A program made the translations under genes and the position numbers. Under the pieces are notes generated by a model that saw nothing but the letters and a program-made list of their open reading frames with translations, ran no database searches and was not told the DNA's origin. Of a stretch of 64,000 bases of DNA, positions 27,121 to 39,439 are shown piece after piece. The stretch is from Epiperipatus broadwayi. Its lineage: Eukaryota; Animalia; Onychophora. The stretch spans positions 8,246,001 to 8,310,000 of the forward strand of contig JAQFVV010000002.1 in the NCBI GenBank assembly GCA_028023455.1, written 5' to 3'. How positions within the stretch are numbered: the stretch's first letter is position 1; the number at the start of each line of letters is the position of its first letter.

Positions 27121-28620
27121 ATGACATATGCAGAAAGCATGAAGAGGAATATAAACATGCAAAACAATAATGATGTTCATTTGCAAAGTGGTCATCAGAG
27201 AAGAGATGAAACAAATAGTTATATAAGATCTTGGCAGGTGATGAAATGGATAAGAGGAATGAGATTACATCAGAACATAATGATATTCGAGAAGAAATTA
27301 GAAATAACTCCTCAATATATTCTGTAATCTCTGATAACAAACACGATAACACATTTGAATATATTCTGTAATCTCTGATAACAAACACGATAACACATTG
27401 AATATGGCAACCACAGACGAACATTTAAATAATTTTTAAATTCCCTGCACAGGAGTTATACGCTTTAATTAAACAACAGGGCCTCAGGCAATCAATATAT
27501 AAAATCTTATTTCATGATAATGATAGATATTTCATTGTGCAATTCAATAACTCTTTCATGAAAGCATTTTAAAAATAAATTCAAGATTCTGGCTAATAAA
27601 TTTTTGATTTACACAGACTTAAACAGATTTGCGTATATTGATGGATTGATTTGAAATTGTGGTATAAATTTTGGAGTTGATATAATCGATCAGTGATGGA
27701 AATTAGTAATGGTGATCTATCTCTCTTTAATAGCAATTGAAAATTAGCCAAATTTGTTAAAAACTGTGAACCTTGGAAATTGATAGATTGGAATTGAAAG
27801 CTTAAAATTTTCCCAAATGGACCTAAATTTTTTTGCAAATCTACTAATTTCCATCACTGATCGATTATCAATAGATCACCATTACTAATTTCCATCACTG
27901 ATCGATTATCAAGGGTCTCTTCTAATCACCATGACAAGAGGTGTAGCTCCACAATATTTTTTTGTAAGCATTGAGGGCATTTAATGAGAGAAAGCCCCAA
28001 TAGAAAATGCAATTTATGTGGAGCCATAAGGAAAAAATTTCACAACCAAGGATCATGGCCAGATATAAATATAAGAGATGAACAGAGAAGGGATAAATTA
28101 GAATTGACGAACAAGAGAAAAGAGATATTGATTGAAACTCAGAACATCGCAGCCTGATACCCTCAACTTCACTGGACCAAGACATTACATCATCAATAGG
28201 AGAGCTTAGTTCTTGGTATTCAGAAACCTCGGTATAAGAGAAGAAAGAAACAAAAAATGAAAGAAGAGTGCTGCATAAAGGGAAAAAAGACTGTGAGCAA
28301 GAGATTATCTCTCCTCAATCAAGATTAAATTCGGACTGCGAAAGTGAACATACAGAGACAAGAGTAAGATTCCCATCTCTGAATGATCCACTGATGGAAT
28401 CGATTCCAGATGAATTTATAGGTGATAATATAGATATGATCATCCCACATAGGGATAAAGAGAAATTTTGAAAGTATAAAAGAAACAATTGAACCTCCTA
28501 ACATCAGTAAGCAAAAAGAAATACTACAGTTGAAAGAATTTGATGCGACTTTAAACAAACAATATCAAAAGAAGAATGAGATCAGCGAAGAGCTGAGGTC
28601 TTATTTGGAACTTTCTTAAT
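27121..28620 (+). pseudogene. Tx1-like ORF1 (gag-like: RRM plus zinc knuckles), disrupted
   Basis: MTYAE start motif. RRM-like LQKNLGPFGKILSF now lies on the minus strand because of an internal inversion. Knuckle remnant FFCKH*GHLMRESPNRKCNLCGAI at about 27955-28030. Confidence 0.7.
27314..27405. repeat. 44-bp tandem duplication inside ORF1
   Basis: AATATATTCTGTAATCTCTGATAACAAACACGATAACACATT(T)G at 27314 and 27358, identical except one T. Confidence 0.95.
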
Positions 28621-28631
28621 CCAGCTGTGAC

Positions 28632-31600
28632 ATGATTAAAATTGCTTCCATAAATGTCAGGGCTTGAATTCTAGGGCCAGGGCCTTTGCTTTAGAGCAAT
28701 GGATCAGAGTTCGAGGTCCTGATATCTTATGTCTTGGGGAGATAAAGATGCATAATAAAACAGATCAACAGATTGTCAATAGAATATAAATACCTTTGGT
28801 TTTTTTCATTATTCTTATTCTAATATGGCTGGAGGAGGGGTCACAATTGTAATAAACAAAAATTCCCCTATCATTTTTTTTAAATTGACAATAACTGCCT
28901 GATTGCGATTATCAAATTCAAAAATTATACTTTTAATCTAATTAACCTATATCTTTCAAGAAAACCTGAAATCATTCATAAAATTGTACAAAATTTAAAT
29001 ATAGCATTGAGGACAAATCCCTTTCCTACTATAATTATTGGGGATTTAATTTAACATATGATAAATTTCAGTGTAAATATGGATGATTGATAAACCGGAA
29101 ATTAATTAGCTGTTGATCGGTTTTTAGATAGGGCCTTCTCCTTTCACAATAAAAAGGCAAAATCACTGATAACCTGCTATTTGTCTCCCCAGAAATATTT
29201 AACTCCCTTGGGGAGCTTCGACCGATTGCATTCTCAAACTATCTTTCTATTGAAGGCAGTTTTGATTGTAGTAATTCTAATGATTCAGCACCGGAACTAC
29301 ACAGAACAATTAGAATGTTAACTCGAACCAATATCAACATCCATCTGGTAGCTGAGGCATACATATTGTTTAATGGAGTTGATATAAATAATCTTCATCA
29401 ATATCAAGCATGGATGCAATTTACAGAGATTCTTGGTAAATTGATTATTAAATGCATCTCAAAAGCCTGGGGTCCTATTCATATACTATCCGAATGGAAA
29501 ATTTGGGGAAAAATTAAAAATTTTCCCAATGAAGCACAGTATGTTGAATCAATCATAGAGTTGAAATTACAAAAAAAGCAGGAGGAGGTTGCTGAATATC
29601 TTTCGATCAAGAGATTGCGACAATTTATACCATCAGCACTGCTGGACCAGGGCTATCTTAGATGGGTCCTTGGGGCCAGCAGAAAGGCAAAGGAACCTAG
29701 AGTGATCGAGATAGACGGCAACCTATATGGTGGGTCTTCCATGCTGGCTAGGATATGCGATCATTATGTAGAAAAGTTCAAACTTGATAGAATTGGGATT
29801 GAAAGGAAAAAAAATAATTATATCCACAAAATCACAGAAAAAAAGAATTGTTGATAAATTAAAGATAATGCCGGATAAAACTCATCCTGGCTTGCATGGA
29901 ATTCCAAAATTGCTCATGTGACATTTTAAGTGCATTTTCAGCACCAATTATTTAAAGGATGGCAGACCTTTTGGCTGATGGCTGCCAGGAACTTCCAGGG
30001 ATCAATCCAATTGCCATGGTTCCCCTGGTTAAGAAATTAGAAGGCCCTTGAAGCCAGGGGAATCTTAGGCCAATATCTATGATCCCTCTACTGGTAAGGA
30101 CAGCTGAGGGCCTAATTAAAAAATAACATTTAAGATATTATAATTAATCAGCTGTCTATATGCCAGTTTGCTAAGAGAGGTAGCTCAATGACTGATGCTA
30201 TTCGCATAAAGATGTTCACATAAAGATGTTGCAGCCAGTCGCAGTTCAGGTAGATTTTTGCTGCATCTTTTGATTGCGTTAGTTGATGCAGTGATGAGGA
30301 TCCTAGAGGGACTTAACGTACCAGCCGCCTACCTCCAGATGATAGAGAACCTCCTGTATAATAGGGAGGTATTTCTGTCGCTGGATGGGAGAGTGACCCC
30401 GGGATATAAGCCTGATATTTCTAATCCTCAGGGCTCACCTCTGAGTGTGCTTCTTTTCACAGCCTATGTGAATCCCCTCCTGCTAAGCATCGAGACATCT
30501 TAAAGGGATTGCCATACATTTGCTGAAGGAGAAGATCCATCACATCTTCTATGTGGACGATATGGTGGGTTTTCTTGCTTCATGGGAGGAGTTTGCAAGG
30601 CTTGAGAAGCTCTTGGACCAGTTCGAATATGAAATTGGTCTAAGAGACAATAAGGAGAAATCGGGTGATCTGGTCGATTAAGATTGGGAAGCAAATTTCC
30701 AGAAAGTTGAAGACTCCACTTCAGAAGTTCCTGGGATTTCATCTAGCCCCCCCCCCATCTAAAATGAGGAAGGAAATTGAAGATGATCGATCTAATGAAG
30801 AAGATAAAAAAAATTATTGAATCGTTAGCGAAGATTTATTTTTCTTTATTCGGAAAAATTGCACTAATGAATGCGGCCATGCTTCCCAAAATCACACGCT
30901 TGCGGGTTTTTCTCTGATGAAAGCCTTTATAAAAAATGTCGAAATCCAATGTAGGAAGTTATGTTGGAGGGCAAAGATCTGGTCATCAGCCTGGGCTTCC
31001 TACAAAAACCTAAGCAGATGAACAGATTAGGATTACACTGTCAAGTAGTATTTCTATAATATACTTGCGAAAATTATTCATGGTAAACCCAGATATGGAG
31101 GGGCCGATATACACAGAAGAGATAATCCCTATTGATAGGCCATCTCTCAGAAGTGAAAGGCTTTGGATACAAAAACAATTCTCCCTTGTATTTGACAATC
31201 TGAAAATAAAGAAGATGGGAACAATATTCAAAAATAAAATGAATTATTGGAACACATATGAACTTATGTATCCTGAAAAATCAAAAACTGATAATATTCT
31301 TCCGATCGGGATATTACGGTTCTTGAGGTTGACCAAACGTCTAAAATTTGAACCGAGGTTTGTTGATTTTTTAATCAAGGTTAACCTCAGGGCTTTGCTG
31401 ACTTCAATTCTGACATACGAAAAGAAATTATTGGACTCTATATGTGCACTATGTAAGCGAAATGATGAGACTATGTGACACACTTTGGAAGTCTTGAATT
31501 TGGAAGTGTTAAATTTGGAAATTCCATAAGGAACATCATTAAGTCTCTCATTAAAAAAAAAAAATCTGCTTGCATAAATTTGATTAAAGCCTTCAAGAAT

Positions 31601-31708
31601 GGACATTTTGAAATCATAAGATTGGCGACATTCATAAATTTTTGTATATGGTCGCTGAGAAATAAAATCATCTTTGAAAGTGGAGAAGAATACGACAGAA
31701 GAGATTAA
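28632..31708 (+). pseudogene. Tx1/L1-like ORF2 (APE endonuclease, RT, CCHC), many stops and frameshifts
   Basis: MIKIASINVR..LNS...PDILCLGE (28632); NLRPISMIPLL (about 30060); PQGSPLSVLLF; YVDD at 30550-30561; KFLGF; CALCKRNDETM*H; IWSLRNKIIF. Confidence 0.9.
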
Positions 31709-33368
31709 AGAAATGGAATTTTTTTTTTTTTTGCCAGAATTGACTATTTGATCAGGCCAGGTCTCTAATAAACTTAAGACAATATGCAGTACCAATGATG
31801 AGAAGAATTCAATGTTGTAAATGAACAAATACAAGGAAAATCGGATTGAACCATTTGCTTAAAAATGATATAGATAAACTTTGTGTGAAAGAGATTAAGA
31901 TCTATAAAAGAAAAGAATGTAGATCACTAGCTTCAAGAAGCCAATTTTAGTGAAAAGGATTGGTTTAAACGAACTAAAGAAATAATTATTTTAAGGAAGA
32001 TTATGAAGTAAACAGAAGATCATAATGTGTACAAATAATGAAAGAACAATGCTATTGTGATGTTATTTAGCTTCATAGTGTAATCTTTATAAACTAATTG
32101 GTTGTTTAAAGATAAGGAACATTAAATTTTGTAAACTAGTCACCATCAGTATTGATATGTAATAAAATGCTGATTGATTTGCAAGAATACTGAATGAAAA
32201 TTAGACAGGTTTATGCACATATAGATGTCTGCAATTTTACTTTCTCTTTAATAAATCATAATATTTGATTTTATACAGAAATCATATATACTATACATGC
32301 ACAGAATTAAGTCATTTTATTCCTTTTTTAATTTTCAGGGAGTCAATTTGCCATTATGAAACAATGTGCCTGAAGTTGCATTTATGTTTAGCAGCTATAA
32401 GATTTGCAACTCCAGTTTTAAATAAAAAAAAAAGAATTAACAGTAATATATAAGTTTAGGTTTAATGGAATATAAAAATATATTTAGCATTAAACATTAT
32501 CATCAATTGGTAATTTTACTCTTTAAATATATACTTCCACCTACCCATGAAGTATTCAATTTTAAATAATTTTAATTGATGAAAAAAAAATATCTGAAAA
32601 AATCTTCAATTTAATAAATGTTTTCTGCCATTTTGGTTTGACTGCTGACACAATCAAGCAATAAAATAGTCCACGACACACCATGGTGAAATAGGTAGTC
32701 TGTTTCAATTACTTTAATCATTTGTTTTAAAAAAATCCCAAATTTCCATTGATAATCAAATATCAAATTATGGAAAATGTGCTATTAAAATTGCATAAGC
32801 TAAGCTAAACTATGTGAACAAAATATCAAATTATCCCATAACTATGTGTTGAAAAATTGAAAAGTAAATGTGCAAATTTTGTTGAACTATGATCAATCAA
32901 AAAAAAAAATTAAACTCATTTAGAAATCAAAATATCAAGAACATTAAAAAATAGAATAGCCCCCCCCCCCAAAAAAAAAATCCTGCCAAATTATTTTGGC
33001 AATCAAAGATGAAAAAATGACTACAAAATGTTAGCATAATTACATGATAAACAAAAAAATTAGCAAAACTTAAAATTTCAGAAACAACTTTCAGCAAACA
33101 TCAATTGGGGATGAGAGTGCAACAGTGTAATCAAGTGACCAAATAATCAAATTATTACAGCAATCAAATATGAAAAAATGAGCACACAAAATGTAACCAC
33201 ATGATCAAAACAAAAAAAAAAAAAGAGCAAATATCTCAATGAAAAAATAAATTCATCAGAAAAAAAAAAAAAAAAAGACTAACCTAGGAAATGAATAAAA
33301 CATGCTTATGACTATAGAATAGAATTTGATCAAAAATATTAAGGAAATATTTAACCAAAAAAAAAAAA

Positions 33369-34860
33369 CACCAACGAATTAGTCTCGTTTTAAGCTGTAG
33401 ATAGGTTCTGCAGAAAACCCGCATTAAAAAAAATCGCACAAAAATAGACTTAACTTATCTTGAAAAATGGGGGATACGTTTCATAATTTTCAGAAATCGC
33501 ATAAAAGCAAAGCAACAAGGCAAAATTACTTTAAAATTTGCATAAAAAAAATAAGGAAATAAAGTATGACTAATAAAAAATTTGAAATATTTGATAAAAA
33601 TTGATACAAGACAAACTTTTTTTATTAACCACAGTATTTAATTTTACATTTTTTCATACATATTTTAATTATTATCACTATTTGACAATATGCGGTTCGT
33701 CTGTAAATTGGCAAGAAATCAAATTTGTCACAAGAGGCAGTACAAGTAGCGCCACCATCAGTCTTGTGCTGTGCTAATGGTTTTCTATCAACAATGTAAT
33801 CGGCGATTAAACTTTGAGATGATGATTTTACTAATTGTTTATGAAGCTCGCGATATCCAGATTACTATGTCTAGCTGTTAGAGAATGCACTTCCACTAGT
33901 GCAATTCTCTATATGTAACAAGCTTCTACGAGTGTGTTAACAATGACTAACGGTTAAATTCTCTTATACACACATATGGAGAAACTAATAGACAGAAAAA
34001 AGTTACAAGTAAAAATTTTTAAAGATACATTCTTTTTAAATAAAAAGTAAAAGTCCATTAAATATGTCTACTTGTAACTTTTTTCTGTCTAAAAGTTTCT
34101 CCATGTACATACATTTATAAAAGAAAATATAAACACATTTTAAAGATACATTCTTTTTAAGTAGAAAATAAAAGTTATAACTTTTTTCTGCCTAAAAGTT
34201 TCTCTCTCTATATATATGTGTATAAAAGAATATAAACATACACATACATAAACCAGGCATACAACAACTATTTAGCTCTTGTTAGAATTTAAGAGCTTGT
34301 TCATTGCAGCAAACTCATATTTCAGCATTTTCTGATGTTTTTCTTTGTCTCATTATATAATGTTCACATTTTGTTTCTATAAATATTTAAAAAATGAGAT
34401 CACAATCCAAACAAAAAATTATATGTTATCATTTCTAGAAAGATTATTTTTCAGTTTACAAAATCAACAAAATCTTTATTTCTGATTATTTTTAAAAATC
34501 TAAAAGAATATTTATTTATTTATTTCTGTTATAATTAATGAAATATGTTTTAAAAGTTTAAAATTTTTGAATATTTATTGCAATATTTTTATAATTGTAA
34601 GTATAAGTAGATTGTTTAGTAGAAATTAAGTTGTCTAAACAGCTTCAGGCCATATTCACATTAGCTGCTAATATAACGTATTTTTGAAAGAAAAAAAAGT
34701 ATTTAAAGTCAAAATAAGTTATTAATAATTTATATTTCTTGATATCTAGTAAATATAGTGAAATATGAATTTCTTTATGCATAAAAAGATTAAGAAGAAA
34801 TATGAATCGCATAACTTCAAAATTGCATTAAAAAAATCCGCATAAAATGAGACCCCAGTG
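33369..34860 (+). mobile_element. pogo/Tigger-like non-autonomous element
   Basis: Right end CCGCATAAAATGAGACCCCAGTG|TA. Degraded left end GTCTCGTTTTAAGCTGTAGATAGGTTC. Subterminal GCATAA repeats at both ends and an internal inverted repeat at about 33978-34104. The 3' half recurs at 44346-44724. Confidence 0.6.
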
Positions 34861-35159
34861 TACTATTATCTACTATCATGTCCATTAATAAATAGATGTT
34901 ATCTGTAATTCTCACATATTAAAACATTATGGATACTTTGTTAAGCATAAAAAAATAAAATAACTTTTAAGCAAAAAAAAAAACAAGTTATAATTATCGA
35001 AAAGTAAAATGATATAAATATATTACATATTACAGGGATATTTCTAGGGGTTCAGCCTTAATTTGCTTTTAAAGCGATGAGAAAAATTTAAGGGAGGAAA
35101 GAGGTAATGCCACGCCTTGTCACCCACGAATTTTTACAACTATTAGATAACTATTAACC

Positions 35160-36620
35160 TAGTTATAATTATCTATCAATCTATATTTTATTTGTCTTTC
35201 TAATTTATCTATCTATCAATCTATTTATTATTTAACTTGTCTCTATTTAATTTTCTATCAATGTTTATTATTTACCCGTATCTATCCGTTTATTGAGACC
35301 TCAACTATCTCTTTTAGTTGTCTATCTGCTTATTTATTTACTATCTGTTTATATCTGACTTATTTATTTCTCTATCAATCTATTAATAATTTAACTTGTC
35401 TGTTTACTTTTCTATAAATCTGTTTATTATTTACCTGTCTTTATCTGTTTATTGAGGTAGGCATTTATCTCTTTTATTTGTTCTATCTGCTTATTTATTT
35501 ACTGTCTCTCTGTTTTATCTATCTACCCTGTCTCTCTATATGTTTATCTACATATCTGTCTTCTTTATCAATCAATTTATTATTAAACATCTATTATTTA
35601 CCTGCCACTCTATCTGGTTATCTATTTACTTGTCTGTCTTATTAATTTATTTCTCTAGTTTTCTACCTATGTAATTATTTATGCATCCATTTAACTGTCT
35701 AGCCAATGATTATTCACAACCTATCTATTTATCTGTCTGCCTATCTATCCATCCATGTAACCACTCATCCATCTACCATATATCAATGGCCTATTCACTA
35801 TCTATCGGTAAACATGAACTTGCCCAGTCACGACAAAATTTTGTGAAATATCAAATACACGACTGCATAAAATTATATTATAAAAAATATCTGATAAAAA
35901 TAATTTATTAAAATAATAACATATTTATCCTTCCAACATTCATAATTATTGTCCATTGTAGTTTTAGGACTGATGTCCATCTTTGCGAATTTTATCGCTT
36001 GTATAAGCGGAAACTACAATGGTCAGTAATTATGAATGGTGGTAGGATAATTATGTTATTATTTTAATAAATTATTTTTTATCAGATATTTAATTATATT
36101 TTTATAATATAATTTTATGCCGCCGTGTATTTGATATTTCACAAATTTTTAAATAATTCGACAAAAAACACTCTGGTGGAAAAAATTTGAACTACAAGAA
36201 AAAAGTTCGAATTTTGTCGTGACCTGGCAATGTCTGCCTATCTATCCATCCATGTAACCACCCACCCATCTATCTATCTCGTTTTTTTTACCTATTTATT
36301 TATGCTTTCCTATATATCCATTCATTTACACATCCAACCATACCTTTAATTATCTAGACAACTACCCAACCACTATCTATTTATTTGTCTATTTATTTAC
36401 CTACTACATATCTATTTGTCTCTATTTATCTATCTTGTTTTCCATTATGTATCCAGTCAATCATTTAATTTTCTAGCAAACCACCAATCTACTGTCTATC
36501 TTTATCTGTTAAACTACCTATCTACTGAAATGCCTATATATGTCTATATGCATCCAACCATCAACTCATCCACCTAGCTCCCCAACCATCTGTTTGTCTA
36601 TTTATATTAATTTATTTTAT
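35160..36620. repeat. Degenerate (TCTA/TTTA/CCAT)n microsatellite-like tract interrupted by a MITE
   Basis: Dense TATC/TCTA/ATTT/CATC motifs on both sides of 35807-36238. Confidence 0.85.
35807..36238. mobile_element. 432-bp foldback MITE, GG...CC ends, 8-bp TSD (Merlin-like; family 3)
   Basis: Perfect TSD TATCTATC at 35799-35806 and 36239-36246. TTGCCCAGTCACGACAAAATT / AATTTTGTCGTGACCTGGCAA near the ends, and about 130-bp internal arms pair. Confidence 0.9.
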
Positions 36621-38115
36621 TAGCATATGGTGTCAGCACATTATCATCAAAAAGCCAAGTTAATAATATTAAACCTTTATAAAAGAATTCATGTTGATCT
36701 GAATCTATACAACCATTTCTTACATGCAAGGATTAGAATGATGTCACTTTTTAACTATAGATCGTTTGCTATACTCAATACTTTGATAATATATTAGAAT
36801 ATTGTGTTTATAATCTCTGCCTAGAAATTTAATGTTTCTCCAATCTTCATTAAGTAATTGTTATCATATACTACAGATGTGACTTTAGCAATTTTTTTTG
36901 AACAAATTTATTTTTTGTTTTTTTATTATTTCAGAAAATCAGAATTTGTTTTTGAATATTAAGTGTAAAAATTTTAAGCCTTCAGAAGTAAATTAATATT
37001 GTTTTATTTAATGTATAGATTCTATGACTTTTGTTAGACTTGCAAAATTGCTGATACTATTAACTTTCCTATTTTGGGACATTTAAAATCAAATTTGATT
37101 TCAAATTTTCAACAGCAATAAAAATGCAAAGTGACACTTTAAGCATTAAATTTACAAATTTCTTTTTTTTCTTTCAAACTATTAGTTATTAAAATAGATT
37201 TTGAGAAAGAAAATATCATAGCTGTTGAATTTTGTAAGATGATTACTATACAATTCATTTCCAATATTAATTATATTAAAAATTTCTAATGAAAATTTTA
37301 AAGGTGATATTTTTATAGCTCATAGAAAATCATAAACAGAGAAGAAATATTAAAAAAAATCCGCAATAAGAAATTTGCTATAAACTGAAAAAAAAAAAAA
37401 ACAATTTCTTGTGAAATCTTAATAGGAATCAAAAAAATTCTAATATCCATCCCATATATTTTTGTTACTATTACCATGTGTTTATTCACATGATAAACAA
37501 AGATGGATAGCCTATTAAATGATAATGATCTGCTATTAAAGTGAATTTTTACTGGTTTTATGTCAGAGATTAACACCAAGAAAAAACAATGATCTTTTTC
37601 AAACAATGGTTGACTTTCTTAGACAAGGTAAATGTGCATGTGTGTAATGCTTAAATTATTTTTATTTTTATAATAATAAAAGATCAAAACAAATTATGGT
37701 CCTTGTATGCTAAAGACTGCAAAGTTAAAACATTAGTTGAATCGGACGATGCTAAGAATTACTGGATTACATTTGATGATTTATTTTGAAAGAAGTAATT
37801 TCACTTATTTAAAACTGAATAACATTCATATAATCATAAATAAAAAATTTGAACTCTCAGCAAATCATTTCATATGAACTGAAAATAAATGGAATACTTA
37901 TTTATTTGATGAAATAATTTTAATACTGCTCAGGCAAGATTATCCTTATTATGTTAACAATAATGAGATTAACCATATTTTCCCTACAGAGAAATCGTAT
38001 TTTAGTAATGTTTACATAAACTGTATAAATAAAAATCCCTAAATTAAAGCATGGAGGTTTATATTATCCAGAAATACTTTACCACATAAATGAAAGGTTT
38101 TCAGCATAAAAGCAA

Positions 38116-39329
38116 GGTGCTTGTTTTATAGATAAAGATGCCATTGGATGGTGCCGTTTTCATGTTGAAACTATAAAATATGACCATTCCCGGGCCGTTG
38201 ATTATAATAATTTTGCTGTGCTTTTTTGTAATGCGAAAATAAAAACAAAATCGTCTTTTATAAATATTATTTTTTATTAATGTATATAATTTAAATGATA
38301 ATAATAAATGTAAAATAAAATCAACAAATTACAATTTGATTCGTGTTTTTTCTATCGTATATTTTTTTGTGTTACGGCTTTTTTTTATCAATTTTCTATC
38401 GGATATTTTTTACTTGAGTTATGACTTTTTTTTTTTGTTGTTGTTTAACTAAAAAATAATATTCATAATAAAAAGTAAAATTTCTTAAGTCTATTTTTTA
38501 TTTTTTTTAGTCTTCGTTTTACTTTTTTTTTTTACAGACAAAGAGATATTACGGCTATTTTTTACTTCAAATAGAATGACAATAAAAAGTCAAAGTTGTT
38601 ACGGTTAGGTTTAGGGTTAGTGTTCTGTTGTTTGTAATGCTAAAATAAAATAATTCAAAATCATAACCATACTCGGACAAAAGAAAGAAACTCAAACTTT
38701 TTTAAACAACAGCAAACACATATAAATGTCTTCTTTACTTATTAAACATGTTTATAATATTTGCTTTTTATGAAATTTACAAAAAATCGTGTATATTTGT
38801 ACTTTTCTTACTGGATATTTTTTTGGTACCACTCTTTTTTAATTCAAAAATATACACACGGTAGAATCTTCTTTGTCTTGTAGAATGTTACGAACAGTAC
38901 ATTACTTGATGCATTACCTAATTGCAACTCACTAAAAACATAGATATTTAACATTTTCCCAATTAAAATTTCAACAGAATACGTTGTAAAAAGTCTTAGA
39001 ATTATTACTTTAAAAATTCTGAACTTTCAATACTTTAAAATAAAAAAAAATCCAATGAAAACAACATTCCATCCAATTCAAATACAAACTCTCTCATTAA
39101 GCCGTAACTATTTTATAAACTGTGCGAATTCGGAAAATGTATTTGCTGCGATGCGACATACATGCTGTACTGCGACGTGACATAGCGGCCTGCATTCTGT
39201 AGCACAACAAAAAAGTTGTATTATAGAAAACGCGGGTTCGAACGTGTTGGCCGCAGAAACAGCATTTTAATGTATTTTAGCACGAAAATCGCGCCATAAA
39301 GCGGCGTCTTTAGCTATAAGATGAGTACC
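38116..39329 (-). mobile_element. Merlin-like MITE family 2, copy B (inverted relative to copy A)
   Basis: Starts GGTGCTTGTTTTATAGATAAAGATGCC and ends GCGTCTTTAGCTATAAGATGAGTACC. Perfect TSD AAAAGCAA at 38108-38115 and 39330-39337. Reverse complement aligns over nearly all of 19731-20817. Confidence 0.95.
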
Positions 39330-39439
39330 AAAAGCAATCATAGTATTTCATAAGGTGCAAATTTCTTTTTTTAAAAATAGTGGTCATTAAATTCATATAA
39401 GATAATTTCATTGTTCAGAAACACTTTTCATTCTAAGAA

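Larger units (their letters stand above)
25750..32000 (+). mobile_element. Near full-length degenerate L1-group (Tx1-like) non-LTR retrotransposon; ends approximate
   Basis: ORF1-like region with RRM-like segment and CCHC knuckle remnants, followed by ORF2 with APE, RT and C-terminal Zn motif (see sub-features). No TSD or clear poly(A) located. Confidence 0.8.

Noticed and set aside
31244-31834. 196-aa minus-strand ORF as a gene
   Set aside because: Antisense shadow of the Tx1-like ORF2 C-terminus; low complexity and no recognisable motif. The same applies to ORFs antisense to the RTE copies and most short ORF-track entries.
33740-33775. CTCF-like motifs (CACAAGAGGCAG; GTAGCGCCACC)
   Set aside because: Short partial matches inside a MITE; function cannot be supported from sequence alone.
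19731-39329. Giant composite transposon bounded by two inverted MITE copies
   Set aside because: Each copy has its own different perfect 8-bp TSD (GTTTTATT vs AAAAGCAA), so they inserted independently.
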